DNA from: Harriotta raleighana
Taxonomy: Eukaryota
DNA length: 64,000 bases
Assembly (NCBI GenBank): GCA_050575255.1
Contig: JBNZDD010013730.1
Location: 5,820,015 to 5,884,014, forward strand
Direction of reading: 5' to 3'
Both the position numbers and the translations under genes were made by a program. Below, piece after piece: positions 26,873 through 39,796 of the stretch. The notes under the pieces are model-generated. The model was not told where the DNA came from and ran no database searches. It saw only the letters and a list, made by a program, of their open reading frames with translations. Position 1 is the first letter of the stretch. Each line of letters starts with the position of its first letter.

Positions 26873-27170
26873 ATAATAATCCTTGCATTTGATGTAGCGC
26901 TTTTCACAACTTCTAGACGTCTCAAAGCACTTCACAGAGTATACTGTAAAGTGAATTGACTGTACATTTGTGGGCGAAATGCGGCAGCCAATTGTGCACG
27001 ATGGCGTCTCACAAACAGTCATGGATTGAAGTGTTCAAATATTTTTATTATTGTTGTTGAGGGATTATTATTAAGCATGTGGAGTAAAGAAACTTGTCCT
27101 GCCTGGAATCGAACCCAGGTATCTCAATTTTCTGTAGCTCAGCGCCTTAACCACTAAGCTACAGAACTAC
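26873..27170 (-). mobile_element. Full-length tRNA-derived SINE
   Basis: Colinear with 25075-25393; minus strand has TGTAGCTTAGTGGTTAAGG (A-box) and GGGTTCGATTCC (B-box). Confidence 0.95.
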
Positions 27171-28131
27171 ACATTTTAATGATATGGAGTCCTCAGACTG
27201 AAAAACTGTGGAGGTAAAACTATCCACATAACTCAGGGGTCTGAGGGACATAAGTTGTTCCGTCAAAAAAGGTTATTTCGCTTGATTATGGTTTCTCTCA
27301 GAAGTTATGGTAACTGTGTCAGCCGCAGGAAATCAAATGTGTGGCTTCAGTTTGCATATTTCAGTCATGTTTTTATAATGATATTTAAATCTTAGTTGTT
27401 AACACTCTGCCTTGAGAGCAGCACCGAGTCTGTAGTGAAAACTTTTGCCAGAATCAGCTAAAGAAATACTGGTCCAATAGTGCAATTGCAAGTCTGATAT
27501 TCAGGGACAAGAAGTTGTAACTAACGACTTGAGGATCACTTTGTCACATGGAAACTCCTCTGTTACACAAACTGGAGAGGGGAGGGGAGGGAATCAAAGA
27601 GGAGTTATCACAAGTGAGTAGTGTACTGTACACCTCCGTCTTCTGTACAATATCTGTTTGCTACTCTTTGTTGTGAATTTTGTATCTTCAGTGAAAAGGA
27701 TATCGGCCCATATCACAAAGCGATTGTTGTCAACACAACAATATACTATTAGTAGTACAAGGAAATGTATATTACGTATCTATTTAAAGGATCCACACAT
27801 GTGCCTAATCCAATGTCCACAGATAATAAAGATTTCTGTTAATGTGCTACTTATTCAGCAAATAATTGAGGTGTGAAGCCCATACAAATATATCATTATT
27901 AAAATGCGGCAAATTAAAAAACCAACCAAATCGCAATTAACGGCTGGAAAAAGGCTCTTGATTCTGAAGAGTGGAAAGTACAATGACACAGACTGAGGTC
28001 TCAGTTAGACGTATGACTTAGGGCAAATAAAATGCAAACCATTGCTAAATGGATACAAAAACCCTACTGTTTATAGTGCAAATACAATAGCATTGAACAT
28101 CCGGAAGCCCGAGGAAATATTCCGAAGGAAG

Positions 28132-28170
28132 GTGGGTAGGGGTGGGGGCATGGGGGGGCAGTGGGGNNNN

Positions 28171-28218
<48 letters not shown>

Positions 28219-28228
28219 GGGCAGTGGA
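28132..28228. repeat. Poly-G run next to an NNNN gap
   Basis: About 47 consecutive G at 28171-28217 after NNNN at 28167-28170. Confidence 0.9.
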
Positions 28229-29925
28229 AGGGAATAACTGTTATTGTTCAGCAAGTTTCGGATTTTGGTATTTGATGAAAAGAAGGGGTGGTAAACATTA
28301 ACTTCCATGAAACTCAGGCCACTGTTCCAGCAAGAAGCATTTCCAAACAGGCAGCAGAAATGAAAAAAAGATGCAATTGAAAGTCTTGGAATGCAGGGCT
28401 ACTATACTAGATACAGCAGACATTGTTCAACAACAAGATCTCTCATCTGCCTCCAATGCAGTAGACTGACAAGTCTCTCTGAACCCTTGTAGCCTCAAGA
28501 ATTCAAAACAGATTGGAAGGGAAACCGCCTGCAAGGCAAACTTGACTGTTCGTTTGTGGCTTTAGAGAAACAAGCACTCTGTTCTTATGTCCCTAATATT
28601 TAACATTGGTTCCTTTTGAATCCCCCATTGCTGCGATAAATCAGAGATATAATGGGCCATCAATGTTGCTTCTCAGACTCAATTGCAGGCGATACATTGC
28701 TGTACAATCCTTCAGCAAGCAGCTAAACTAGGAAACTATAAGAAAAAAATCTGTGGCCAATTGTAAATTAGTCATGGGTGCAATTAGAACAAATGGTAGA
28801 ACTCCAAAATGTTACTGCAAAAACTAGGTGGCTCAAGGCTGCTATCGAAAGAATTAACAAACTCCTGGGTGATTTGAAACACAACCAACCGTGCCCTATT
28901 ATTTTTTGATTCAGTCATATTGTCTGGAAGGAACACTGCCACTCAATGTCCACTTGCAACTGTAAGCAGTTTTAGGAAAACTTTCCAGCACCTCATTTTC
29001 TGCACAAGTTAAAATGCGATATTCAAGCAACATTTTAAAGCCCAAATGTGGTTGAATTGTAATGCCATCAAGAATTAGGTCTAAGCATTTCATATAATTT
29101 TTTTGATAGAGAATAGTGTCTATGAATTTGTAGGCAAAATGTGGGGCACAATAATGTCCCACAAACAAATGTGAATAATTACTTAGATGTGGTTTGGATT
29201 AAAGAAACAATGAACATGCTGAAGAAAGTAAACTGAACTTCATGCCCAACACATTATTGAATACAACTGATTTGGTCTTGCATTGAAGAGTACATGGTCG
29301 TTTAAACAAGCAGCACAGTTTTATATAGATCCCCATGTCTCTTTTACTCAATTCCTATTTTTGGAAACATTCTTAAAATCACTGACATATTTTATATCAT
29401 GAGAATCTTATAATTTGAAAGCATTTTCAGTACTGAAAAGCATAAATTCATCATTTGCAACGTATGAAATCACTTTACACTTTTTTTTAATCAATTCATA
29501 TCTTCCTACTCTTTGTCCACAATACAGTATATGTATTTTTGAATCTTTCTGAAAGATTAACATATTCCAATTATTTTGAACCCAATACATTTTAGTCCAA
29601 ACTTCCAGCAATTTTCTAATCTTGTCTTGACAAGGTCAACCTAACAATATTATGAATCCCCTTAATCATAGTTCGATGACAGTGTTTCAAGCACACGAAC
29701 TTCCGAAGACTAAAGGTAACCAATGTAACAGCACACATTTCACAAAACAGTTATAGTGTGCAGGTTCTGTGCAGGTTCTGGGATGTTTAAATATTATGTA
29801 TTAATGTACCTGACCAGTTTTCAAGGGATGTACTGTACTGAGATGTTTCAAATCTGAATCATATTTGACATTTTTAGTTTAGTATGTATTGCTGCATTCA
29901 GAATTTAGTACCAAGTACAGTTGCC

Positions 29926-29993
29926 AACAGGCTTCGGGGCAAGCTCAAAGGGCCGAATGGCCTATTCCAGCATCTAATTCTTATGTTCTTATG
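29926..29993 (+). mobile_element. CR1 LINE 3' terminal stub
   Basis: AAGGGCCGAATGGCCTATTCC...TTCTTATGTTCTTATG, the hairpin plus octamer repeat typical of CR1 3' ends. Confidence 0.8.
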
Positions 29994-31753
29994 ATATAAT
30001 GCAACAGATTTAATAGTAAGTCAATAAAAAGTCACACGTGCCTGTAACTTTGTGCTATCTAGAGAAAGATTGGTGGTTCATACCAAGGGTTCATCACTTA
30101 CCAGAGACATTTGTGCTCACAGGGCAGGTTTTCCAGAATGCCCTTTTAAATTCTTTACTCGGAGTAGGTCACCACAGTCGACTTTTCCCAAACCCTCTGC
30201 TTGAAGGAGCCTGTCACAGAATTGAGTTGTAATGGATAAAAACGATAATGAAGAAAGTCCCAGGCCAGATTCTCGTTATGATCCCAGTTTGGTTTGGGGA
30301 GTTAATATACTGCTCACAGCAATTCCAACAAATGAGTTATATATATTATATATATTATATATATATTCTACTTGTGTATATATTTATAAAATATATGCAC
30401 ACACTCAAGTTTGTTAGTACTGCATTTCTATGATTTAATTATTTCTGCAAATGGAAACCTTTTTCAGTTGGCTTCTGAACAAATGCTTAAATTTTCTGCG
30501 AAATGTCCAATTGGATGAAGTTTGCAAAATACTGTTCAGGGAACTGTGCCCGATTTTCTTTTTCGCTTAACCACAAAGCAAAAGATTAATCTGGGGTTTT
30601 GCTTTTGACTCATTTTACATGTCACCTCTTCCATCAATATAATTGGGAAATTTGATCACATTTGTCTCAAATTATCTACACAACCCCTGGGGATGAAGCC
30701 TATAAATTCCATACACATAATGTTTTCCTCATTTATAAAGGAACAGCACAGTATAATTAGAGAACTGACAATGCAAAGGGTCACATGGGAAGTACAGTAC
30801 TGTATATTGGTAAAGTTTAGCTTGTTCAATTGAGATAAGATGTCCCTAACTGGAATGTAGATATCTGCTTCTATTGCTCACATTCTCATTGCCTATACCA
30901 TTTACTTTCTTCGTGTTTAATATATTTCAAGCAAGTCATTAAAAATGGCAATTTCTGTGGGGAGGGGGAATAGATTTACTGACAATGTTGCATTTCGTCA
31001 ATTTGCGACTGTTTCAACCGCCAATTTTCTACATGCTCTTCGGGAATGAAAAGGGATTTCAAAAAATGATCTTAATCTGTTGCAGCAGGAATTTCCTCCG
31101 ATGGACACCAGGAAAATTCTGGGCGCAGCAACTGCTAATTTAATGAATAGCAAGTTCTTTGAGATTATTAAAATAAATAAATCATATGGTAGGGTGGAAT
31201 TCAATCCCACCTGTGCACCTAGTGACATGACAAAATGCCCCAAAGGACATACAGTACAGCATTGGGAGATTAATTGCAGACATTAAATTCAACCTAGTCT
31301 TGGCCTTCATGTCTAGTTTAGCTAGTAACACCATTTTAGCTTAAGACCCAAGACTGTGCAATTTGGGGGGGAAAAAATTCAGTTCTGTCTAATCTTGGAA
31401 GCCAATTTGGTTTAAGAAATACAGAAAAATGTTTCCAAATTAAGATTGAATGTAAGACTTGCCAATAGTTCTGCAGAGTTTTAAATTTTAAGATAAAGTG
31501 GGTGTTAGACGAGTTGGAAATGTGGGCATCCGGTCTTGCAGTGTGAGATATCATGGCAGCCACAGAGAAACCAAACCAGCAGTCCTTGCTGGAGGGATTG
31601 CCTTGAAAAAATAAAATAGGCAGAGAGACAGAAGAAATCAAGACTATTACTCGTACTTCTTATCAGTGATATCACCAAACCCTTTTTATGAATGTTGACA
31701 ATGATGCTGCTGATGCTCTTGTTCAATATTCTGAATTATAATTGATGACAACG

Positions 31754-32130
31754 ATAATAATAATCATCCTTGCATTCGATATAGTGACTTACATTGTCTC
31801 AAAGTTGCTTCAAGGGATATACTGGAAAGTGCGTGACTATGTATTCTGTGGGTGAAACATGGTAATCAGTTTGCAGACAGCAATGACCCACAAACAGCCA
31901 GGAGGTGAGTGACTAATTTAATTTGGGATATTGTTGACCAGTTCACCAGAATGCCCATCGGATCTTTAACATCTACCAGAACAGGCAGCTGGGACCTCGG
32001 TTTAATGTTTTATAGAAGGACGATACCGCTGGCAATTCACCCCCTCTGCCTGCAGAACTGTCATCTGAGATTCTGAGATGTCCTAAAGTGGGGGTTGAAC
32101 CCACAGTCTTCTGACTCAGAGGTGAGAGTC
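31754..32130 (-). mobile_element. Deu-domain SINE (SacSINE1/AmnSINE1-superfamily-like), near full length and old
   Basis: (ATT)n tail; central GGATCTTTAACATCTACC...GGCAGCTGGGACCTCGGTTTAATGT...GAAGGACG matches the Deu domain as recalled; tRNA head GGGGTTGAACCCACAGTCTTCTGACTCAGAGGTGAGAG. Confidence 0.8.
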
Positions 32131-34012
32131 AGAAGACTGAGGCATGCTAGACACACACAAGATGCTGTACTGTCAACACCAGGGGTCTATTTCCCCACCA
32201 GCAAACAAGCATACTGGGGTTACGCGAGTTCTCAGAGAGAGATTGCTGGATTAGTATCACTTGGGTTACAATTCACTCCTGCTCATTAGTAACCAGACAC
32301 AGTTCTCAAACAGCCTTGGAGAGGAAACTGTTTCATCCCATCCATCTGTCTTGGTTTTCAACGAGGTTGGTGAGGTTGGTGAGGTTAAAGGATGGTATAG
32401 TGGAACCCCCAAAACCATGAAAAGCAAGGCCCCCCCACACAAAAAACCTGACTGCTAGCATCAATGATTATCTGAGCAATGCTAAACAGGAGCAATTGAA
32501 TTTAAGGTAATAGTATAATCCTCTCAGTTGATCACTCACAATCACACTGTGCATTTAAACACTTCCCTTCAAAAAATAAAGAAACAATGAATAAAAATAA
32601 AAATGTGCAGCATGGTATTTAACAGAGCTGGTTGCCATCAGATTTCACATTTTTAAACCTCCAGTTATTAAAGTTCAGTGCAGGTCACATTGTCAAGGAT
32701 AAACAATCATACTGAAGTACTTTAGTTCCAGGATAACGTGAAACCTGAAACCTGAGGTGGTTTCTTTCCAGCCACGCATGCATGCATCACTTTTGCCATC
32801 TACATACTTCTTTCAAGCTGCTCCCTACAGCAAGACATTTGATTTCTAGTAATTAATCAGCTCATCATCCACATCATGTCTCTGTCCCTGGAGGCCAGGT
32901 TACAGCCACTGATCTAAATCGGGTTCTGAAAACACAGACTGCTATTACTTACATTTTTTTCAAAAAAAAGAAGAAAACACGCTTTCTCATCGTTTCCAAA
33001 GGCTTGATGTTATTTACTGGTCTGCAAGCTTCTTTTACTGTTTTGTCAATACATTACGAGACATTTGCTCTCGTCTCACTGCACATGGACTTGAAGGGAA
33101 ATCACAAGACAGGATTCTACAATGAACTGCAGAATGATGGATTGTAAACGCAAGACGATTCATCGTCACCGTTTACGAGCGGAACGAGTGGAGACTCCTT
33201 GTATCAAAACACATTTGCATTATTTCTAAAACAAATTTCCTTTTAGTTGCATAGAAATAGCCTGCATTGTATCATCTAAAATAACTAGCTATTCAGAAAG
33301 GGATTTAGGATGCTCCAAAAATCTGGAATGAAATACTGTAGATCTGTTTGTGCAACAGCTTGAGACTCAGGTGTGGTTCATTGTAATGTTTTGCATTAAG
33401 GTTACTGACATTAAACTGCAATGAGGAAAGCATATGGTTTGCAGACTCACCATTATACTCCAATTGCATTCAATAGCAAGAAGCTTACAGTGATTGGCAC
33501 TATTTTAGTTTCAGATTCAGTCCCATTAGAAATGTCATTTTAACCAAATAGTACGTGTTATAATCAAACAAGTAACTGTCCTCCTTCAGAGTATGGGTTT
33601 CTGATGATAAGGAATACAGATTTGAGTATTACATATTATTCGTGATTGTTGTATTATTTTGGAACTAAAAAGACTCAATAACAGACAGGGAAAGGCACCA
33701 AGCTTGCGAGATCAATCACTAAAATTGTACAGTTTCCTGAATTACATTTTGCAAAAAGATTTAAAATCGTTCTTTTCCCATGACAATTATCCTACATTTG
33801 CGAAAAGAGCTTTCTTGTCTTTCCTCTTTGCCTTTTCAAGTCCTTAACTTTTTCTGGAATACAATTTAATGAGCAGCACATCCACAAATACTGCACTTGT
33901 AAATGCAGACAATGATTTCCTCGCTGTTCGATCATAGGGCTATCAAAACTCAGCTCTGATCCTCATCCAATGCCCATTCATATATAGTTTCCAGCAAGGA
34001 ATCCCCAGCTGG

Positions 34013-34153
34013 CAGACGTCGCTGGGAACACTCAGCAAGTCAGGCAGCATCTATGGAGAACGAGTTAACATTTCAGGTCGATGACCTTTTGTCAGAACTT
34101 CCCAGCGACTTACGTTTTATTTCAGATTTCCAGGACCAGCTGTATTTTGCTTT
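34013..34153. mobile_element. Second Penelope-like palindromic element with a decayed hammerhead core
   Basis: Similar to 24917-25447; GTCGCTGGGAA (34018-34028) pairs with TTCCCAGCGAC (34099-34109); minus strand 34095-34064 reads CTGACAAAAGGTCATCGACCTGAAATGTTAAC. Confidence 0.75.
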
Positions 34154-34558
34154 AGTTCTGAGCTATAGTTTAGTATGTCTACAACTATTCTCTTTGAGGT
34201 AACTGAGTGCAGACTACTGTCCCGGAGCTTGTATTTCTTTCTAATCCTCAAGAGTCAGGACTTTTCGAGTGAGGAGGAAAAAACTAGGGTCGCTTTTTTT
34301 TATTAACGAGTCAAATCAAATGACGACACCCCAAGCCTTATATTACATTGGATTCGTAATACATAAAAGCAAAACAATGCAGTTATGGGTTAACCCGGGC
34401 GGGCGAGCTGATTAATTTTGGATTAAAAGTCCCTTCAAGATACAGTACAGAAGCCTGTCTCAAACAACAAGAATTTATAGCTTTGGTCACAAGCAACTCA
34501 CAAAAAGCACGGGATACGGCGATACAGTACTTGCTGATCAGATACTTGCTGATGAGAT

Positions 34559-34828
34559 AAAAATAATAATCCTTGCATTTGGTATAGGGCCTCATCATGG
34601 CTTTGAGTTGTCTTAAAGTGTTCCACAGATCACATTGTAAATAATAACAATAATAATAATTCTTGCATTTGAAGTAGCACTTTCCACATCTTCTGGACAA
34701 CTCAAAGCACTTCACTGAATATACTGTAAAGTGAATTAACTGTAATTTTTGTGGACGAAACACGACAGCCAATTGGGCGCTGCAGCGTCCCGCACAATTC
34801 CATGGATTGAGTGACCAAATTATTACTA
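34559..34828 (-). mobile_element. Two adjacent 5'-truncated SINE copies (34559-34640 and 34641-34828)
   Basis: Two successive AATAATAAT(C/T)CTTGCATTTG tails. Confidence 0.9.
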
Positions 34829-34829
34829 T

Positions 34830-34932
34830 TGGTAGGTTTCAAGAGATATGGGGCAAAGACGGGGAATTGGATTTGTTCAGCCACGAAAGGTGGAAAAGGC
34901 TTGAGGGTCTGAATGATCTCCTTCAGTTCATA
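34830..34932 (+). mobile_element. CR1 3' UTR remnant
   Basis: TCAAGAGATATGGGGCAAAG...TTCAGCCA...AGGCTTGAGGGTCTGAATGATCTCC. Confidence 0.6.
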
Positions 34933-37083
34933 CCTCCGACCAACAGAGAAAGTTTACTCTGGGACGTGGATAACAATAGTGTTATCGCCTGCAGAGGCAG
35001 TGGCCTGACTGGGATGTGCAGATTGATCAGAACCCCTCAATCTTGCTGATGCATCAGGATTAACATAGTCCCAATTAGGATTCCCGTCCCCCAAAAAGAC
35101 AGTACAGAGGTCCACAGAGTATATAGAATTTATAAGCCCTAACTGTAAAAGCGCTGAGAAACCAGAACAAGGCAAGAATAGTTTCCACACTTCGATCTTT
35201 TCTTTTTGCTATTTAATCTTCCAAATGCACAGTCTCCATTTGTTTTACTGCACTGTCTAGTGATCCAAGAGAGTAAAAAGAATAACACAACCAGAAGACT
35301 AAGATACGTTGATGAATGCAGTCGTTACAGCGATGACGTACACTACAGTTGTTCAAGACTAATGAACAGTGAATGATTTTAAAAGTTTGCCGTTAATTCA
35401 ATTATTGGGTAATATCTTGTCTTCTTTTGGGTTAATTTAAACTTTACGGTCTGTTCCTGCCAACACAGAGAGAAAAAAACCTCTATATAAATGTTGAGCA
35501 TCCCTAAACTTTCCTCTTCTCAGCATGCTCCTAATTTGTTCTCCAGAGACACTTGGTAGTGGCTATATATTATATCATGCATATTAAAAAAAACTATCGA
35601 GCTCTAGTTGAGTTGATACTATCACACATTAGTAATCTTGTGTTGCTTGGTTATGACTGCTGGTTTACATCCTAGGCAAATTGTTAGACTTGCTCAATAA
35701 CATTGTCTCAAAACACTAGAGAATTGGATTTGGCAAAACAATGAGATGCCTCTGCAGTTACGAACCTTCAAACAAATGGAACTTGATTGCCAGCGTCTAC
35801 CTTCATTTAGGATTATCATGTAACATTGTGCTTCATTAGAATATCCTAGCTTGACGTAATGAGCCAAATTAGTTTCCAGCAGCAAAGCAGCCAAATGAAA
35901 TATCTCCAATTTCTATCGGCAGACTTTCTGGGATAAAAAATAAGAACACAATTAGGAACAGGAACATGTAATGAGCTGCAATAAAATAATTCACCATTAA
36001 ACTGCTATTTAATTGGTGATCAATATATCTGTTCTTTGCAAAAAGACATTTAATCTTACTGCAGTCAATTCCTTCATAATGATCACCCGAACAAGCTGTA
36101 CCTTTCAATGCTGTTTTATGAGGATCCAAAGTGGACAATGTGGATTTTGAACTAGCTTCGTAAAAATGACACTTTTTCATTGATAAAATTGAAAAGTTTG
36201 TCAAAACTGTGCTCTCAATACCATAGGTCCCTTTCTTTCACTTCCGAAGGCAGTGACTCATCTTGAGCTAGATTTCCAAGGTTGATAACCCTCAAATCCT
36301 CCGTCTGCCCCAATTTCCAGAAAACAACAATTTCCTTATTCATTGGCTTTAACCTCAATTCTCATTGGCAGGCGAAGATATTTTAAGTTTCTAGTTCTTG
36401 CCTATCAATACCAATAGCCCCTAGAGCTATAATCTATATATATATATACACATATATAAAATTTATATATATTTATTAAAAATATATATATTTCNTCAAT
36501 TCTCATTGGCAGGCGAAGATATTTTAAGTTTCTAGTTCTTGCCTACCAATACCAATAGCCCCTAGAGCTATAATCTATATATATATATATATACACATAT
36601 ATAAAATTTATATACATTTATTAAAAATATATATATTTCTTCCATCACGTAAAAAGCAGCTTCAAGATTTTGGATTACTCAAGTGAGGATACACACAAAC
36701 ACATACTCCTGGACCTACTTCATGTGGAACACGCAACGCAATCCTGACAAACTACAGTATTTCAAATATTTCATTTCAAGGGAGCTGTATAGGGCTAGTT
36801 TTGGGCTTGCGGTACAGCACTGATTTTTGTCTTGCAGTGATCTAAAGGTGAGATCGATATTTTGTTGCTTCCAGCAATGTAATAAATTATCATAAATAAA
36901 ATGCAATGCTGAACATAGCATTGAAAAATTGTCCAGCATAAAGGTGTGAATAAATTCAAACTTGGACAGGTGCACACAATTTTGGACCACGTCAGAACCA
37001 AAATGAGAGCTTCTTCCAGTCAAACAGCACACAATCTCCTTATTTAGAGTTTGTATTTAGAGTTTCTTTAATCCACATGCATG

Positions 37084-37259
37084 ATAATAATCCTTAAAAA
37101 AAAAATTTCAATCCACAACTGCTTGGGGGACAATTTGCTGCCGTGTTTCACCCACAAACATATACAGTCAATTCCCCTTCAGTGTATTATATGAAGCACT
37201 CTTGAGACATCTAGAAGATGTGAAAAGCACTATATCAAAATGCAAGGATTATTATTATT
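37084..37259 (+). mobile_element. 5'-truncated SINE
   Basis: TACAGTCAATTC...TTGAGACATCTAGAAGATGTGAAAAGCACTATATCAAAATGCAAGGATTATTATTATT. Confidence 0.9.
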
Positions 37260-38096
37260 GTATTTTATTAGTGAAATGGAAAATCAGCAAAATTATGATT
37301 GTAGCGATAGAGGGAACACAACACTTAACAAATTTAATAGATTGGATTTGGCATAGATTTGATGGGAGCTTGCTTGTTCCTACCTAATTGTTATCATTAT
37401 ACATTCCCCATTTCACTCAATTCAATGTTATGTTTGCTCATTTTGATCCTATGAACCACAGATGGAAGTATACTGTAATGATCTCTCCTTATTAGAACAA
37501 AATGTTGTTTTATTGCATCCAGAAACCATTACACTGAAAATCCCCCAAAGAAAGCTCTGATAGATCAATCCAATAACTCTTTTACAACATGAAGTGATTA
37601 CAATGAGCAATACACCTCTTAAGAATTGTTAGGAACCTGTAAAGCATTCAGTACATTACAGAAGCATGCAAATTTTGACATCTCATTACTTGGTTACTAT
37701 ATATCCTCATTATTGCTAAGGGCATTTGAAGGATGTCATCTGCTGTCCACATGCTTTGTTTTAGGTTTAAAAGGCGAAGGACTAAAATGCTGGAGAATGG
37801 AACATTTTTTCCACTTTCTATTCACTGGCATAATCAAGTACAGTTGTATTGCCATAATATTGTACTATGATTCATCCTTAAAAAGAACCGTTCATACTGC
37901 ACCAGTTTGTCATTTTCATTTCTAACAATATTACAAACCACATCAAGGAAAGAATACGCACGAACATTTTTTGGGACAATTTTTAATACTTCAATCTCAT
38001 ATCCATTCAACCAGATTGTGAATGCTACAACTCCGCACACAGACAGCTAGCTCCTCACAGACACACAGATTCTCAGCTCAATTTGAACCCATCAAG

Positions 38097-38139
38097 CGAC
38101 GTCGAAAAGCGCCATATCAAATGCAAGGATTATTATTAT
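38097..38139 (+). mobile_element. SINE 3' stub
   Basis: GAAAAGCGCCATATCAAATGCAAGGATTATTATTAT. Confidence 0.8.
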
Positions 38140-39775
38140 CATTTTCTCAAAGGTCATAGAGCTGTACCAGCCAGGCCCCTAAACCCACAAACTGTCTAAT
38201 TCCTCACATCCTTCATTGTTTTGAATTCCTTATTTTTAAAAAAACCCCCACTAAGTTGCATTGTTGTTTTCAGCACTCGGGAGCCACAAATGCAACTTTG
38301 AAACATGTTATTCTATTATTGCAGAGTTTCTACTTCAGCATTATTATGCTCATCAGTACAAAATAAACTACTAGACAAATCAGTCAGGGAGAGCACTGCT
38401 ATTCCTTCTCCATTATTCTAAATGTTTTCAGTCTCTATATGTCACCACATGTACATCTGACTAGCTGTGCCTCTCATCTTTCTCATCAGAGAATCAGTCT
38501 GCCGGGCAGCTGAAAGTGCTTTCATCTTTTTTCATAAGGTCAAAGTGCTCGGGCAATTTACACAAGTTGACCATTAGCAAGCAGGTGTTGACTGCAGCAA
38601 ACCAAATCCCTCCAATGACCTACTTTTATCGTGGCTTTTAAATCATTCTCTAAATTAATGAGTGATATTAAGAGATGTTGTCTATTCTTGCCAATTATAC
38701 CGAAGCGCTCTTTCTTGTAAAGGGATTAATCTTTAGGCAAGAGACAAATTAGCAACCATTTGAACCAATTTATGTAGGATCCTGGGAACTGTGTCAGGGA
38801 CAAATAATTATTGTGAGTTCAGTGAAGACAGTCAGTGCCCACTGCACTGCTGGATACGATTATAATTTGCTTGGTAGTTTTAATGGGAAACACCTGAGGT
38901 TACAAGCTGCTTAACGGAGATTGACACAACTAAATCTGAAATGTGAAAATTCCTGCTGAGAAATTAAAGAAACCTTGTTAGATGAAATGGAATATAAATG
39001 TAAAGATGTATCAAGAGGACAGCCATCCTTCATTCTACTGATACATAATTATCGCCTAAATGCTGTAATTTACACAATGAAAGGCACCATGAAATATAGA
39101 TAACAAGGGAATAAACTGCCATTGCTGATGCAACAGCCTGCTGTTTACAAACACGCTGCTCATTAATCTATATGTCTTGAACATAAATTATATTCGAGGA
39201 ATATATGACAACTGTGGAATTTTCAGGAAATAAATGGCAGATTAGGTCATAATTGTCTCGCAGTCATGACTAGTTATAATCCTTTTGTGCGGATGGCAAC
39301 ACAAATCAATGACACGGATTGGATTAGTCCTGACCTCAGCTCTTGCAACAGTTATGCCCCCAAACTAAATTTCCCCTTTCCACACACAATGCACAGTACA
39401 TAGATGTGCACATTAATTTTTAAAGTAGGACTTCCTCTGGAGTGATTTCAGGGCGTGAATCAATTCTCTGGGCTCATATAAGTGTTAGAAATTCAACAAT
39501 TACTCACGCTCTTGCAATTACTCCCGAGTGTTGATCAGTCTCACTTTCTTACTTGGTCATAAATCTCCCCCAAAGCATACTGTACTGTTTTGTTGTGCCA
39601 CCTTTTGACTCTTTTACCTTCTGCTTAGATGTAGTTACACAGGTGCTTGCCATTTTTCATGTTTGAGTATTTAGAAGACCAATCAACCAGAAGACTATTT
39701 CAGCTGAGCCTCATTACGTGAGACATATTGTTTTATTCCAGCCAGGCATTAACAAAGGTGCACTTTCCAACAGAT

Positions 39776-39796
39776 GAGAGAGAGAGAGAGAGAGAG
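39776..39796. repeat. (GA)n microsatellite
   Basis: Direct inspection. Confidence 0.9.

Noticed and set aside
28042-28308. Poly-Gly / poly-Pro ORFs and a potential G-quadruplex
   Set aside because: Produced by a poly-G run beside an N gap with GGGCAGTGG repeated on both sides; the run length is unreliable and probably an assembly artefact
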